Shown piece by piece: positions 40,556 to 50,134 of a DNA stretch of 64,000 nt; positions within the stretch are counted from its first letter, which is position 1; every line of letters begins with the position of its first letter. The position numbers and the translations under genes were made by a program. The DNA is from a virus (taxonomy: Duplodnaviria; Caudoviricetes): the IMG/VR virus record IMGVR_UViG_3300032293_001441, positions 1,948-65,947 of that record. One strand, 5' to 3'. The notes beneath the pieces are model-generated. The model was not told where the DNA came from, ran no database searches, and saw nothing but the letters and a program-made list of their open reading frames with translations.

Positions 40556-41338
40556 TTACCCTAGATTTTTTACTTTCTTTACGATGAACTTTACTAGGGC
40601 ACTGCGTAGTATGTCGTCTTCATTGAATTCAAACGTATATATACCGTGCTCTTTGCTGTCATCGTCATTAAACAGGTTGAATATTGCCTGAAATCCACTT
40701 CTTCCGTTAATATCCGACTGTTGAGGGTCGCCGCACAAGAATATCTTGCTAAACTCGCCTGCTCTAGTCATAAGAGTTATTAGTTCCTTTTTTGTGCAAT
40801 TCTGCATTTCATCGCCAATAACTGCCTTGGCATTCCAGTTCAATCCACGAAGATATCCAACTGGTAATCCTTCTATTCTTTCATCTTTTATTAGATATTG
40901 TATATCTTCTCGCGGCAATAGTTCATCGAGTTTATCAATCAGTGGACGTTTATATGGACTCAACTTGTCATCTGCTTCGCCTGGCAAGGTTCCCATTTTT
41001 GTGTCGGCACTTTCAACGATACTACGAACATAAAGTAAATCACTTACTTTCTTTTCGTTCATTAGCAGCAACGCCGCTAATACAGATAGATATGTTTTTG
41101 TTGAACCTGCTGGTCCAGAAACCAATAACATTTTTACTTTTTTATCTAACGCCAATTCTATAAATTTCTTTTGTTTTTCGGTCAGTTCTCTGTCTAATAT
41201 TCTTAAGTGATGTTCTATTTTTCCTCTTTGATGCACTACTGGACTTTTATCGTGTTTTATTTGTGGTTGTTGATGGTTATTGTTATTTTCTATATCGTTG
41301 TGCTTTTTCTTATTCAGTAGGCGTTTTTTCTTTGACAT
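40556..41338 (-). CDS. phoH: PhoH family ATPase
   Basis: GPAGSTKT, MGTLPG, YLRGLN, DEMQN and GDPQQSD motifs. Confidence 0.93.
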   Translation of the reverse strand: MSKKKRLLNKKKHNDIENNNNHQQPQIKHDKSPVVHQRGKIEHHLRILDRELTEKQKKFIELALDKKVKMLLVSGPAGSTKTYLSVLAALLLMNEKKVSDLLYVRSIVESADTKMGTLPGEADDKLSPYKRPLIDKLDELLPREDIQYLIKDERIEGLPVGYLRGLNWNAKAVIGDEMQNCTKKELITLMTRAGEFSKIFLCGDPQQSDINGRSGFQAIFNLFNDDDSKEHGIYTFEFNEDDILRSALVKFIVKKVKNLG

Positions 41339-41339
41339 A

Positions 41340-41711
41340 TTATTTTGTTTTTTTGTATTCAAAAAAGACGGACATCATGTCCAACTTTTGCATAACCTGC
41401 TTTGCCTGACGGCAAATTTCAAAATCATCGTGTTTTTTTGAAAACTCAATGATGTTTTGAATGTTTTCCCTAAAATCTTTTTGGTTCATCAATACCACGA
41501 AATTTGAATTTTTGAAACTGAAGATCTCAACAACTGGCATTCTGTTTTTTATGCCATATTCAATGTTATTCAATATGCGACGGTTGATTTCGTGGCGATG
41601 CGTTTCCAAATACTTTTCCATTTCCGTGTTTGATGACGGAAGTTCTATGACTTCGTATGAATTTTTTGACTTTACTTTTGATCCAGACTTACTGCGTGGA
41701 TTCTTTTTCAT
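41340..41711 (-). CDS. Hypothetical protein
   Basis: 123-aa ORF with TATTTAT upstream. Confidence 0.7.
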   Translation of the reverse strand: MKKNPRSKSGSKVKSKNSYEVIELPSSNTEMEKYLETHRHEINRRILNNIEYGIKNRMPVVEIFSFKNSNFVVLMNQKDFRENIQNIIEFSKKHDDFEICRQAKQVMQKLDMMSVFFEYKKTK

Positions 41712-42069
41712 ATACTGAAGATAAATATATCTCTAGCAAAGATTTTCCCATTATATTCACAAACTTCTCGTTCTCAGACAATGTTTCTTCTCCCGTTGCA
41801 TCCAATATGATATGCATCACTTCATGAAAAAATGTTTCTGCCACCGTTTCTTCTGTTATTTTAACCACGGCTTCATATACCACGCCATCTTCTTCATATT
41901 TTCTATTTACTTCGCCAACTCCCTGCAAACGTATTAATTTCAAATCTTCGTCTGCACAACCATAACAATCTTCTTTCTCAAACAAATCAGGCTCTATTTG
42001 GACTTTATATTTGTGTCCAAAAAGTATAAATTCTTTCGGTATATTAAGTCTTTTTTCGGTATTAAACAC
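41689..42069 (-). CDS. Small zincin-like (HExxH) protein
   Basis: TFFHEVMHII motif and downstream E; GTG start. Confidence 0.65.
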   Translation of the reverse strand: MFNTEKRLNIPKEFILFGHKYKVQIEPDLFEKEDCYGCADEDLKLIRLQGVGEVNRKYEEDGVVYEAVVKITEETVAETFFHEVMHIILDATGEETLSENEKFVNIMGKSLLEIYLSSVYEKESTQ

Positions 42070-42083
42070 TACATATAAATATC

Positions 42084-42359
42084 ATGAGTGAACAAAAAGA
42101 ACCAAATTTAATTGATAAGGCAAAAAGCCTGACCAAGGCCGCATATGACTGGAGCGTAAAGGACAAATTCAACAAAGTACCACCGGAGGTATTTGAACAA
42201 AGAAAATCTATATGCCTTGGTTGCCCAAATTGGGATACTGAAGCATTTAATGGGTTGGGAAAATGCAAACTATGTGGATGCTCTGTGGCAAAATTATATA
42301 TGCCAAGTTCTATTTGTCCAGATAAGCCTCCTAGATGGAATCCTATATCTATTTCTTAG
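42084..42359 (+). CDS. Cys-rich small protein (DUF6171-like)
   Basis: R..IC..C...C..CGC...K......CP...W pattern. Confidence 0.7.
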   Translation: MSEQKEPNLIDKAKSLTKAAYDWSVKDKFNKVPPEVFEQRKSICLGCPNWDTEAFNGLGKCKLCGCSVAKLYMPSSICPDKPPRWNPISIS

Positions 42360-42564
42360 TTTTCTGTTGACAAGTTCCACAACCAGCAAACAAACTTTCG
42401 CAATAATAACAAAAGCCGGTGAATACTTGATGTATTCCACCGGCTTTATACTTTAATAACACTATCTGATTTTTATTATCTTTACACGAACGACAAATAT
42501 AAACAGTACCGTGGCTTTTTAGTGTGTTCAGTTCGCTGCTTGTGATAATGGTTTCTTTAGACAT
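42349..42564 (-). CDS. Small Cys-rich (Zn-ribbon-like) protein
   Basis: Three CxxC pairs. Confidence 0.55.
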   Translation of the reverse strand: MSKETIITSSELNTLKSHGTVYICRSCKDNKNQIVLLKYKAGGIHQVFTGFCYYCESLFAGCGTCQQKTKK

Positions 42565-43013
42565 GAGATCAATAGATTATAATAATAAGTATAATCTTTG
42601 TTGGTATAAACCATTTTAGCTTTATGCTTAAAAACAGTTTTTACCGTAGCCATATCTTTGCCAATATCCTTCTCCTTGAAATACCACTTGAACAAAAACT
42701 GATTGACTTGTATGTCTTGGGCAATATTACACCACTCTCTGTCCATCTTTGGATTGATTAGCCAATGACCAAACATTACGTGGCATAGTTCGTGGCAAAT
42801 AACAAACAACTTTTTATCATACTTGTATTTTTTCCAAACTTCTGGATTAGCAACAAGTCTGAAATTGTTGTTATGTATTTCTAACTCAACAGATTCGGCA
42901 TCTTCGTCAAATACCATTGGTTCAAACCTATTCCACATCTCACCAAATAATGGATTGAGAATATCAAGCCTCATACTCAGCAGTTGATTCTCTCGTTTCT
43001 TAAGTTTTTTCAT
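42528..43013 (-). CDS. Metallopeptidase-like protein (HExxH, DUF2201 N-terminal-like)
   Basis: NP..W, ICHELCHV...H and NIAQDIQVN motifs. Confidence 0.7.
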   Translation of the reverse strand: MKKLKKRENQLLSMRLDILNPLFGEMWNRFEPMVFDEDAESVELEIHNNNFRLVANPEVWKKYKYDKKLFVICHELCHVMFGHWLINPKMDREWCNIAQDIQVNQFLFKWYFKEKDIGKDMATVKTVFKHKAKMVYTNKDYTYYYNLLISCLKKPLSQAAN

Positions 43014-43041
43014 AAAAAAATAGGGGAGGTTTCCCTCCCCT
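43014..43041 (-). terminator. Intrinsic terminator
   Basis: AGGGGAGG/CCTCCCCT stem followed by a T-run on the minus strand. Confidence 0.75.
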
Positions 43042-43045
43042 TGGT

Positions 43046-43267
43046 TTAGATGCGGGCTCGTCGAGCCTTCTTCTTGCTCTTGGGCTTTTCAGTCGTGCCA
43101 GCTACATACTTTTCGCCAGCAGCCTTGCGACGAGCCGCACTTGCCCACGAGTTGCGAGTCTTCTTGCTCGCAAACTCGTACTTCTTCCCTTCGTTAAGCA
43201 ACTTCTCCACTTCATCGGCAGAAGTTGCGCTCAAAATACGCTGTTTTAGACCTTGATTGTTCTTCAT
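43046..43267 (-). CDS. Small basic protein
   Basis: 73 aa, Lys/Arg/Ala-rich, higher GC than its neighbours. Confidence 0.65.
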   Translation of the reverse strand: MKNNQGLKQRILSATSADEVEKLLNEGKKYEFASKKTRNSWASAARRKAAGEKYVAGTTEKPKSKKKARRARI

Positions 43268-43271
43268 ATGA

Positions 43272-43472
43272 TTAGACTCGGGCCTTCTTCTGGTTCAGGG
43301 GGCGGATTTCCAACTTGCTGCCATCGGGGTATCGCTTGATGATACCTGTCCAATAGTCAAGCTCTCGCTGGGCATCCAGTTTGGAGTCATACTCCGAGTC
43401 GCTAACGCGGACGTTGTTCCGAAAAACAGCGTACATTGTGGTTTCAGTTTGTTCGAGTGTATTATTACTCAT
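43272..43472 (-). CDS. Hypothetical protein
   Basis: 66-aa ORF in operon. Confidence 0.65.
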   Translation of the reverse strand: MSNNTLEQTETTMYAVFRNNVRVSDSEYDSKLDAQRELDYWTGIIKRYPDGSKLEIRPLNQKKARV

Positions 43473-43487
43473 GTTTTGGTTTTTGTA

Positions 43488-43690
43488 TTATTCTTCACTA
43501 TAACGAGAATAGTTGTAACTCTCTAGGTACGATAATTCATCACGAATGTCGTGCTCGGTGGGTTCAATCATCGCGGGCAAACCAACCTTCTTGAGCGCAA
43601 GTTCCTCGCCCGCGTCGTTGGTCACGACCTTCTTGGGACGACCGCGACCACGCTTGATAGTATATGTGTTAGATGTATCATTCATACTCA
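43488..43690 (-). CDS. Small AT-hook protein
   Basis: KRGRGRPKK motif; exact start uncertain. Confidence 0.6.
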
Positions 43691-43752
43691 TATACCTTAC
43701 CATACTATCTTAAAATATCAAGTACAAAATATTAGAATAATTACTATTTATA

Positions 43753-43899
43753 ATGACCGTGAGTAAGTTTAGCGTAAATGACCGAATACAACATGGTTAT
43801 ATACATTTTAAATGCTTGTGCGTGTGTATTGCTAAAGGCAAAAACCCCACATTTTACTTAAAGGGGCTAGTCAGAACGATATTTAGTTGGAAGTATTAA
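43753..43899 (+). CDS. Possible 48-aa protein
   Basis: Not in the track. TATTTATA at 43745-43752 directly precedes the ATG; MTVSKFSVNDRIQHGYIHFKCLCVCIAKGKNPTFYLKGLVRTIFSWKY. Confidence 0.35.
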   Translation: MTVSKFSVNDRIQHGYIHFKCLCVCIAKGKNPTFYLKGLVRTIFSWKY

Positions 43900-43913
43900 A
43901 AAAATATTCATTG

Positions 43914-45242
43914 TTATTTAACTTTATATTTTTCTAAATCCTCGTCTGGGATCTGGGAGTAATAGTCATTATGAAAAGTTGGAATTAATTTCACAGTTCC
44001 ACTCTCATTGGCGCAGAGATTGTCTGTATTTTTTAGTGTATATTCATTATCAAATCCCATTGTAGAAATATGATATGTACCCATTCCCCAACGATATATC
44101 ATTGTGGATTGGTTTTCCTTGGTATAGACTTTTTTTGGAAACGTAATCGTAAAATCGACATCTTCATTTCCGCTTTTATTTGGAAAATTCGTTTCAAGTA
44201 TATATTTTTTAGAGTACACATTTCCGTTGTTTACACTACTTTTCTTAGTTGAAAATTTATTATTTTTGAACAAATAATGATTTTCAGACCGATACACCTC
44301 CATACCACGCTTTTCATTTATTTGTTGGGATACACACTTTAATGCCCATGGACAAAGTAAATCATCATCGTCCAGTCTATATATATTATTTGCTCCACAC
44401 GCAATAAACCCGTATTTCAACTTTTCTGATATGGAAGAGAACCTATAATTTAAATTTATAACTTTTATATTTTTGTGATCAAATACATATTGTACATCCG
44501 GGCAATCATTTATTATTACCATTTCCATAGGGCCGTCGTAAATTTGATTTAAAAATGAATATATTGCTTCTTCCAAAAAATTTTTTCTTTTATACGTAAT
44601 AGTCAATACAGAGATAAATGGACTGCACGTTGAAGAATATGTAGCGATGTCGTCGTCTTGAATTTTTTTAAACTCGGATAGAAGTGATGTAGAAGACATT
44701 CTGGTTTCTATTGGAAACCCGGTCAGTTGCCATGCGCCTCCATACACCGAGTCCATAAGAAAATCATCACCGCACGCAATTTTTAATTTTTCAGGAATAG
44801 AAACCCAGTTTGATTTTTTTAAAAATAGTAAACACCCCCAACCAGATGGGCGTTCTTGTATTTTTTCTACTTTAAAATTCATCGACGACGGAAATGTGCG
44901 ATAATTGCTCGTAGATTGTCCCACAATTCCACTATCGATATGATCCTTAATAAAATGAAATACCGATGTGTCGAAATTAATATCATCATTACTAATACAT
45001 AAGTTATTAAATTTAGATAAAGATACTCCCAAATTCCACGCGGGATTTACATACATATTTTGATCTCTTGGAACAATCTTCACTTTTGATGGAATAGTTT
45101 TAATTTTTTCCGCATACTCATTTGAATTATCTATCAATATTATTTCACCAACTTGTTCGCAAGTGTTCAAATCGGAAATCAGTTTATATATTCTATTAGA
45201 TTTCCACAGTGTAGGTATTATAACTGAAAATTTATCGTTCAT
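43914..45242 (-). CDS. Tandem two-domain GT2-like glycosyltransferase
   Basis: FSVIIPT...ILIDNS...NDDI, then ISVLTITY...IINDC...LDDDD. Confidence 0.85.
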   Translation of the reverse strand: MNDKFSVIIPTLWKSNRIYKLISDLNTCEQVGEIILIDNSNEYAEKIKTIPSKVKIVPRDQNMYVNPAWNLGVSLSKFNNLCISNDDINFDTSVFHFIKDHIDSGIVGQSTSNYRTFPSSMNFKVEKIQERPSGWGCLLFLKKSNWVSIPEKLKIACGDDFLMDSVYGGAWQLTGFPIETRMSSTSLLSEFKKIQDDDIATYSSTCSPFISVLTITYKRKNFLEEAIYSFLNQIYDGPMEMVIINDCPDVQYVFDHKNIKVINLNYRFSSISEKLKYGFIACGANNIYRLDDDDLLCPWALKCVSQQINEKRGMEVYRSENHYLFKNNKFSTKKSSVNNGNVYSKKYILETNFPNKSGNEDVDFTITFPKKVYTKENQSTMIYRWGMGTYHISTMGFDNEYTLKNTDNLCANESGTVKLIPTFHNDYYSQIPDEDLEKYKVK

Positions 45243-46206
45243 ATTTTTCTAAGGTCAAATTATACAACCAAGTTGATAATTCGTGTTCTTTATTTTTATC
45301 TATTTCTATTAACCATTCCGGTTTTGTGTCCTTAGAATGTAGCCACATATGAGATAAATAAGGATAAGTTTTTAAAACCGTATCAAGAAATTTATATGCA
45401 GTTTCTTTGTCGCACTTATATTTTCCCCATTTATACAAATTAATATTTTTTAAACTCTTATATATGTCACACATTTCTCCACCGTATGCACATTGATCCC
45501 AATATGAGCAATTGGAAAGAAAGTCCTCGTAAAAATATATAAGCGTAAGACCCAGTGTATACGTTTCTGGAAATTTTTTGCAATATTTTAAAGTTAAAGA
45601 CTGAAAAGAATAATCCCCACAAATACGCACTGGATGATTTCCATTTATGAAAATGTCGTCGTTTAATATTCCATCTATAATCGGATGATTTGGCTCGAAA
45701 TTTTGCCAACAATCGTTCCGTGGAAATATGGGAATGTGATCGTATCCTCTAATTTCTCTCAAACTACCAGGTAAGCAATCCTCCGCATTTAATTTATTGT
45801 AGTGACAAGTGTGAGGATCGTAAGACCTACATATTATATTATTTTTTTCTGTCATGGATTTTATTGCCAAATCGTCGGTGTCGATATAACTTCCTCCATA
45901 TTTATACAATAAAATTAGCCGAATAATGTCCGATTTTTCTCTTGCAGAAGCCGACAAGTAATGTTTAAAAAAAATATCTTTGAGAACAGGAGAAAAATCG
46001 ATCAGTGATATATCCCATCGTTTTAACTGTATATTGTATTTTGGTATAAAATCACTTTCGCGCAGAGTGTTTGATATAACATATATTGCTCTGTCGGGAT
46101 TAAATACTCTGGTACTGTATACACAGTCCAGTAATATTTTTAATCTATTATCTGAAATAGGACCGTCCCAAAAGAAAAAAATATTGTTTCTGGATTTTTT
46201 CATCAA
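45232..46206 (-). CDS. GT32 / DXD-motif glycosyltransferase
   Basis: IFFFW, SDIIRLILLYKYGGSYIDTD. Confidence 0.85.
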   Translation of the reverse strand: MMKKSRNNIFFFWDGPISDNRLKILLDCVYSTRVFNPDRAIYVISNTLRESDFIPKYNIQLKRWDISLIDFSPVLKDIFFKHYLSASAREKSDIIRLILLYKYGGSYIDTDDLAIKSMTEKNNIICRSYDPHTCHYNKLNAEDCLPGSLREIRGYDHIPIFPRNDCWQNFEPNHPIIDGILNDDIFINGNHPVRICGDYSFQSLTLKYCKKFPETYTLGLTLIYFYEDFLSNCSYWDQCAYGGEMCDIYKSLKNINLYKWGKYKCDKETAYKFLDTVLKTYPYLSHMWLHSKDTKPEWLIEIDKNKEHELSTWLYNLTLEKYER

Positions 46207-46207
46207 A

Positions 46208-47056
46208 CTACGTCTGACTATCTTTTGAATTTATGGAGTCCGCAGATTCTGCGAACCATTTGTCCAATAAAGAATTATTTATATCTATCTTAAAATGATC
46301 ATAAATTTCTTGAGTATCTAGTCCCAACTCTCTAAACCCCAATATATAATTTTTAACTCTATGCTCGGTGTATATTGGATAAGGAACACCGTCGGGTCTT
46401 CCGAATCTATGCACCCATCTTAAAAAAGGAAGACACAGTGTCTTTTTTCCATATTTTTTATATTTTTTATGTATATACCCCTCTTCTCCACCAAACCCAA
46501 TAAATTTTGGGTGAAATCCTAACCAACTATCTTTTCTACAAGAAAATACTCCAAGTCCTTGGCACTCTATTTCGAACGGTTCGGATGAAATGTCATTTCC
46601 GCGTGGATCTGTCCCCCAAGTTCCCCACATATGGTTTTTCCACTTTAAATCAAAATGAGTAAATACCGTTTTTAAACTATCAGTGTATAACGGACCTTGC
46701 AATAAATTTTCATCATCTTTTTCCGAGTCATAAAAATCTATCAAAGACCGCAACGATCCTTGTTCTAGCATAACATGGCAATCCATAACCAAGACATATG
46801 GGGTATTTGAAAAATCAAAAATCTTACTTCTTATTGAAGTAGATTTATATTCGTTGAATGGAATATATCGACACTCGGGTATAGAATTGCAAAATTTTTC
46901 CAACAATTTACCGTGTGAACCGGATGGATTGTTGTCAATTACAACAAATTCTATTTCGTTTGATACTTCTTTATGATATAGCCTTATAGATTGTATTGAA
47001 AAATACACTCCACTATAATCATCGTATGTAACCATACCGATTGTAAGTTTTTTCAT
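46208..47056 (-). CDS. GT2 / GT-A glycosyltransferase
   Basis: LTIGMVTY, VIDNN, MDCHV, GFGGEE and WVHRF motifs. Confidence 0.8.
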   Translation of the reverse strand: MKKLTIGMVTYDDYSGVYFSIQSIRLYHKEVSNEIEFVVIDNNPSGSHGKLLEKFCNSIPECRYIPFNEYKSTSIRSKIFDFSNTPYVLVMDCHVMLEQGSLRSLIDFYDSEKDDENLLQGPLYTDSLKTVFTHFDLKWKNHMWGTWGTDPRGNDISSEPFEIECQGLGVFSCRKDSWLGFHPKFIGFGGEEGYIHKKYKKYGKKTLCLPFLRWVHRFGRPDGVPYPIYTEHRVKNYILGFRELGLDTQEIYDHFKIDINNSLLDKWFAESADSINSKDSQT

Positions 47057-47124
47057 ATAACTATTTTATATTAAAGTAGCGCCAATCGTTTAGTAAGTGC
47101 GTGACTAACTATTGAATAACCAGT

Positions 47125-47976
47125 TTATTGTTGTCCTATATTCTCATTATTTTCGTTTCCTCCGCCTCCTCCTGTTCCAGGTGAGGTAGGTGCGCTCGTA
47201 GGCGCGTCAGTTGGTTCGTCCGTAGGCGCGTCAGTTGGCGCGTCAGTTGGTTCGTCCGTAGGCGCGTCCGTAGGCGCGTCCGTAGGCGCGTCCGTAGGCG
47301 CGTCCGTAGGCGCGTCAGTTGGTGCGGATGTCGGAGCGTCAGTTGGTGCGTCCGTAGGCGCAGACGTTGGTGCAGAAGTTGGTGCGTCTGTAGGTGCGGA
47401 TGTTGGAGCGTCGGTTGGCGCGGACGTAGGCGCAGACGTTGGCGCGTCCGTAGGCGCAGACGTTGGCGCGTCCGTAGGCGCAGACGTTGGCGCGTCCGTA
47501 GGCGCAGACGTTGGCGCAGAAGTTGGTGCGGACGTTGGTGCAGAAGTTGGCGCATCGGTCGGTCCGTCTGTAGGTTCGTCTGTAGGTTCGTCTGTAGGTC
47601 CGTCTGTAGGTCCGTCTGTAGGTCCGTCTGTAGGTTCGTCTGTAGGTTCATCGGTGGGCGGCGATGACGGACTTGGGGTAGGAGTTGGTGTACGAGTAGG
47701 AGTTACAGTCGGCGTTACTGTCCGAGTCGGCGTCGGGGTTGGAGTGTTGGAAGTTCCGGACGGAGTCGGAGTTACGGTCGGTGTAACGGTTTGTGTCAAT
47801 GATGGGGTAACGGACGGAGTTGGTGGGGGTTCTGGTACTAACTCCTCCCATCCTACGTTGAGCATATCTGCTCCAACTTTTACATACAATTTTCCGTCGT
47901 CTGTACCAATTGCTGCACCAACTTGTCCAAAAATTTTTGATTCCGGATTTCTTCTATATGGAATGTGTTTCGGCAT
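47125..47976 (-). CDS. Mucin-like PT-repeat protein with shared N-terminal module
   Basis: N-module, TPT region, then about 40 tetrapeptides PT[DS][AEG]. Confidence 0.8.
   Translation of the reverse strand: MPKHIPYRRNPESKIFGQVGAAIGTDDGKLYVKVGADMLNVGWEELVPEPPPTPSVTPSLTQTVTPTVTPTPSGTSNTPTPTPTRTVTPTVTPTRTPTPTPSPSSPPTDEPTDEPTDGPTDGPTDGPTDEPTDEPTDGPTDAPTSAPTSAPTSAPTSAPTDAPTSAPTDAPTSAPTDAPTSAPTSAPTDAPTSAPTDAPTSAPTSAPTDAPTDAPTSAPTDAPTDAPTDAPTDAPTDAPTDEPTDAPTDAPTDEPTDAPTSAPTSPGTGGGGGNENNENIGQQ
47185..47652 (-). repeat. 12-bp coding tandem repeat (PTDA/PTSA/PTDE/PTDG)
   Basis: GC-rich units such as gcgtccgtaggc and tcgtctgtaggt repeated in tandem. Confidence 0.9.
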
Positions 47977-47983
47977 ATGTTTA

Positions 47984-49021
47984 TTACGATAATGTTATAT
48001 ATCCGTCGTAATTTGCTAAACTTTGTCCGGTGCCGCCGCCGTTCGTTCCTGCGTATGCGCCGGTATCGTAGTCTGGACCTTCCGATCCTCCAATTCCGCC
48101 CCCACCACCACCACCACCAGCGCCCCCGCCATCGTCTGCATCATTTGCCCCACCGGTTCCATTTACCGCAACAAATGATGATGGAGCATATGAAGCGGAT
48201 TCTCCTTCTGCTGGAGGATTAATACCAGCACCTCCACCTCCACCTCCACCGCCAGCACCGGAAACAAGAGAATTCGCATTCGTTAGTATAACGGATGCGC
48301 CACCTCCACCGCCACCCCCACCAGAAGCCCCGGTAGCACTTGGACCCGCGTTTCCTCCATTTCCACCCGAATAATAACCGATACCGCCAGAACCTCCGCC
48401 GGTACCAGTTTGGTTATTGCCACCGGGTCCGCCCGCATTTCCAGGTATTAGTTTGTATGTCCCGTCAAGTAAAAACGTACCCAATGTTCTCGATCCTCTT
48501 CCACCACTCCCACCTTGAACCGATACATCGTCCCCACCTTCGCCACCATGTGCGCCATTTATATCATAGTTTATTATAAAATTATTAGAGAATGGGCTGA
48601 TAGTCCATGTACCATATCCATTTACAGTCAATGGACCATGTATACTAAAATCCCACACAGTCCTACCACTTACTGCTGGAGATATATTTAATCTTCTTGT
48701 ATTTCCGGAAGGTGTAATTGTTGGTGTAGGTGTTGGTGTAGGCGTATTAGAAGACGGCGTCGGTGTAGGTGTAAGAGAAGTACCTGTTACTGTCGGCGTC
48801 GGTGTAGGAGTACCAGACGACGGTGTGATAGAAGGAGTGGGAGTAATCGTTGGAGTGGGGGTGATTCCGGATTCTACTTCTTGTACTTCAGTCCATCCCA
48901 CGTTCAAAGTATCATTTTGTTTTTTTACATAAGCCTTACCTTCATCGGTTCCTACTAAATCTCCGACCAATCCAAAAACTCTGGTATTAGGGTTAGAATG
49001 ATACTTGACGTGGTCGTTCAT
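47984..49021 (-). CDS. Thr/Pro-linker protein with shared N-terminal module and glycine-rich C-domain
   Basis: N-module, TPTP stalk, GGxGGxG glycine-rich fibre-like domain. Confidence 0.8.
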   Translation of the reverse strand: MNDHVKYHSNPNTRVFGLVGDLVGTDEGKAYVKKQNDTLNVGWTEVQEVESGITPTPTITPTPSITPSSGTPTPTPTVTGTSLTPTPTPSSNTPTPTPTPTITPSGNTRRLNISPAVSGRTVWDFSIHGPLTVNGYGTWTISPFSNNFIINYDINGAHGGEGGDDVSVQGGSGGRGSRTLGTFLLDGTYKLIPGNAGGPGGNNQTGTGGGSGGIGYYSGGNGGNAGPSATGASGGGGGGGGASVILTNANSLVSGAGGGGGGGGAGINPPAEGESASYAPSSFVAVNGTGGANDADDGGGAGGGGGGGGIGGSEGPDYDTGAYAGTNGGGTGQSLANYDGYITLS

Positions 49022-49067
49022 ATATATTAAATATAAAATATATTAAAATTTTGATTTATTATATTGC

Positions 49068-49940
49068 CTAAGATGTTACATTTTTTCTGTTTTCTAATGC
49101 CGGAATAGCCGCATCTGCCTTTGCCGGATAGTCAAATCCCTTTGCTGCCATTTTTTTGTGCTTTGCCCAAAACTCTTTACCAAAATCTTCTTTATTTTTC
49201 TTGAAATGTTTTTTTGATAACAATTCCTGCTTTTCTGCGTCGGTTTTTTTTCTTGCCTGATCTATTTGAAGACTTAGTTCATCGTATGCAATTTGTCCGC
49301 GAACGTCGATAAATTCATATACAAATTCTTGTGGAGATAATCCAAGTTTTCGCATAAACCCCAGAATTAAGTTCATATAAGGGTCAATCTTTGACTTATC
49401 GTTCCAAAAACTAATAACTTTTCCATTTTTCCACAATCTTCCGCATAACTCCTTTGTACGCGTCGATCCAGTTTTACCCGTTTCTTCAGATCCTCTTATT
49501 TCTATATCTTTCAGTCTTAATCTATTTTGCTTTAAATACTCCACCAGCCCAGCGTCTGTGTTATCTTTTAAATTGTAAAAATAAATTCCTATATTTGGGT
49601 AAGTCAAAAAAAACAATCCCACGCAACCATGCAATTCGTCTGGCTCACACTTGTTTTTCATTCCTTCCGGATATACCACGGATCTGGATGCCAGATTTAA
49701 ACCGGCTTCCATTCTGTTATGCGTTTGCTCGTCGGAAAATACAACAATGCGTGAAGAAGAATCTATATAAAACGTTATTGCATCCGAATCTTCCCAACCG
49801 AGAGATACCTTATCTTTTATTTTTGCTCCCTTATTTATAAAGTATGATGCATCGTCTCTATTGATAGTGACTTCGTCGGGATCTTCGGATAAAATGCTTT
49901 CCATTAAAAATTGAACATCAAATGGAATGCGCTTTTTCAT
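49068..49940 (-). CDS. Hypothetical protein
   Basis: Start refined to MKKRIPF...MESILSE; GRLW...ISFW motif. Confidence 0.7.
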   Translation of the reverse strand: MKKRIPFDVQFLMESILSEDPDEVTINRDDASYFINKGAKIKDKVSLGWEDSDAITFYIDSSSRIVVFSDEQTHNRMEAGLNLASRSVVYPEGMKNKCEPDELHGCVGLFFLTYPNIGIYFYNLKDNTDAGLVEYLKQNRLRLKDIEIRGSEETGKTGSTRTKELCGRLWKNGKVISFWNDKSKIDPYMNLILGFMRKLGLSPQEFVYEFIDVRGQIAYDELSLQIDQARKKTDAEKQELLSKKHFKKNKEDFGKEFWAKHKKMAAKGFDYPAKADAAIPALENRKNVTS

Positions 49941-49941
49941 A

Positions 49942-50130
49942 TTACAATAATTTACTCTTTGGTTTAAAAGGATTATTTTCCGCACGAAATGCGTGCTTTT
50001 GATCTATGCCTTGTTTCACAATATTAGCCGCCGCTTCATTATAATTTGGCGACTTTTTAACATCAGGTTGCATATCTCTAATAACCTTGCTTAGTTCGTT
50101 TTGATTTACGTTGTCTTTGTATATACTCAT
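49942..50130 (-). CDS. Small hypothetical protein
   Basis: Start refined to MSIYKDN, following TATTTATA at 50140-50147. Confidence 0.55.
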   Translation of the reverse strand: MSIYKDNVNQNELSKVIRDMQPDVKKSPNYNEAAANIVKQGIDQKHAFRAENNPFKPKSKLL

Positions 50131-50134
50131 AAGT

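Noticed and set aside
32217-47056. GT clusters as DNA hypermodification or a host LPS/capsule locus
   Set aside because: No base hydroxymethylase, flippase, polymerase or nucleotide-sugar synthesis genes are in the window, and the GT60 and PLOD families are protein-directed. Disfavoured but not formally excluded.
47136-47651. Arg-rich 171-aa alternative-frame ORF (RLRT repeats)
   Set aside because: Frame shadow of the PT repeat; third-position variation fits the PTDA frame.
47185-47652. Possible CRISPR array
   Set aside because: Contiguous 12-bp in-frame coding repeats with no unique spacers, and no cas genes in the window.
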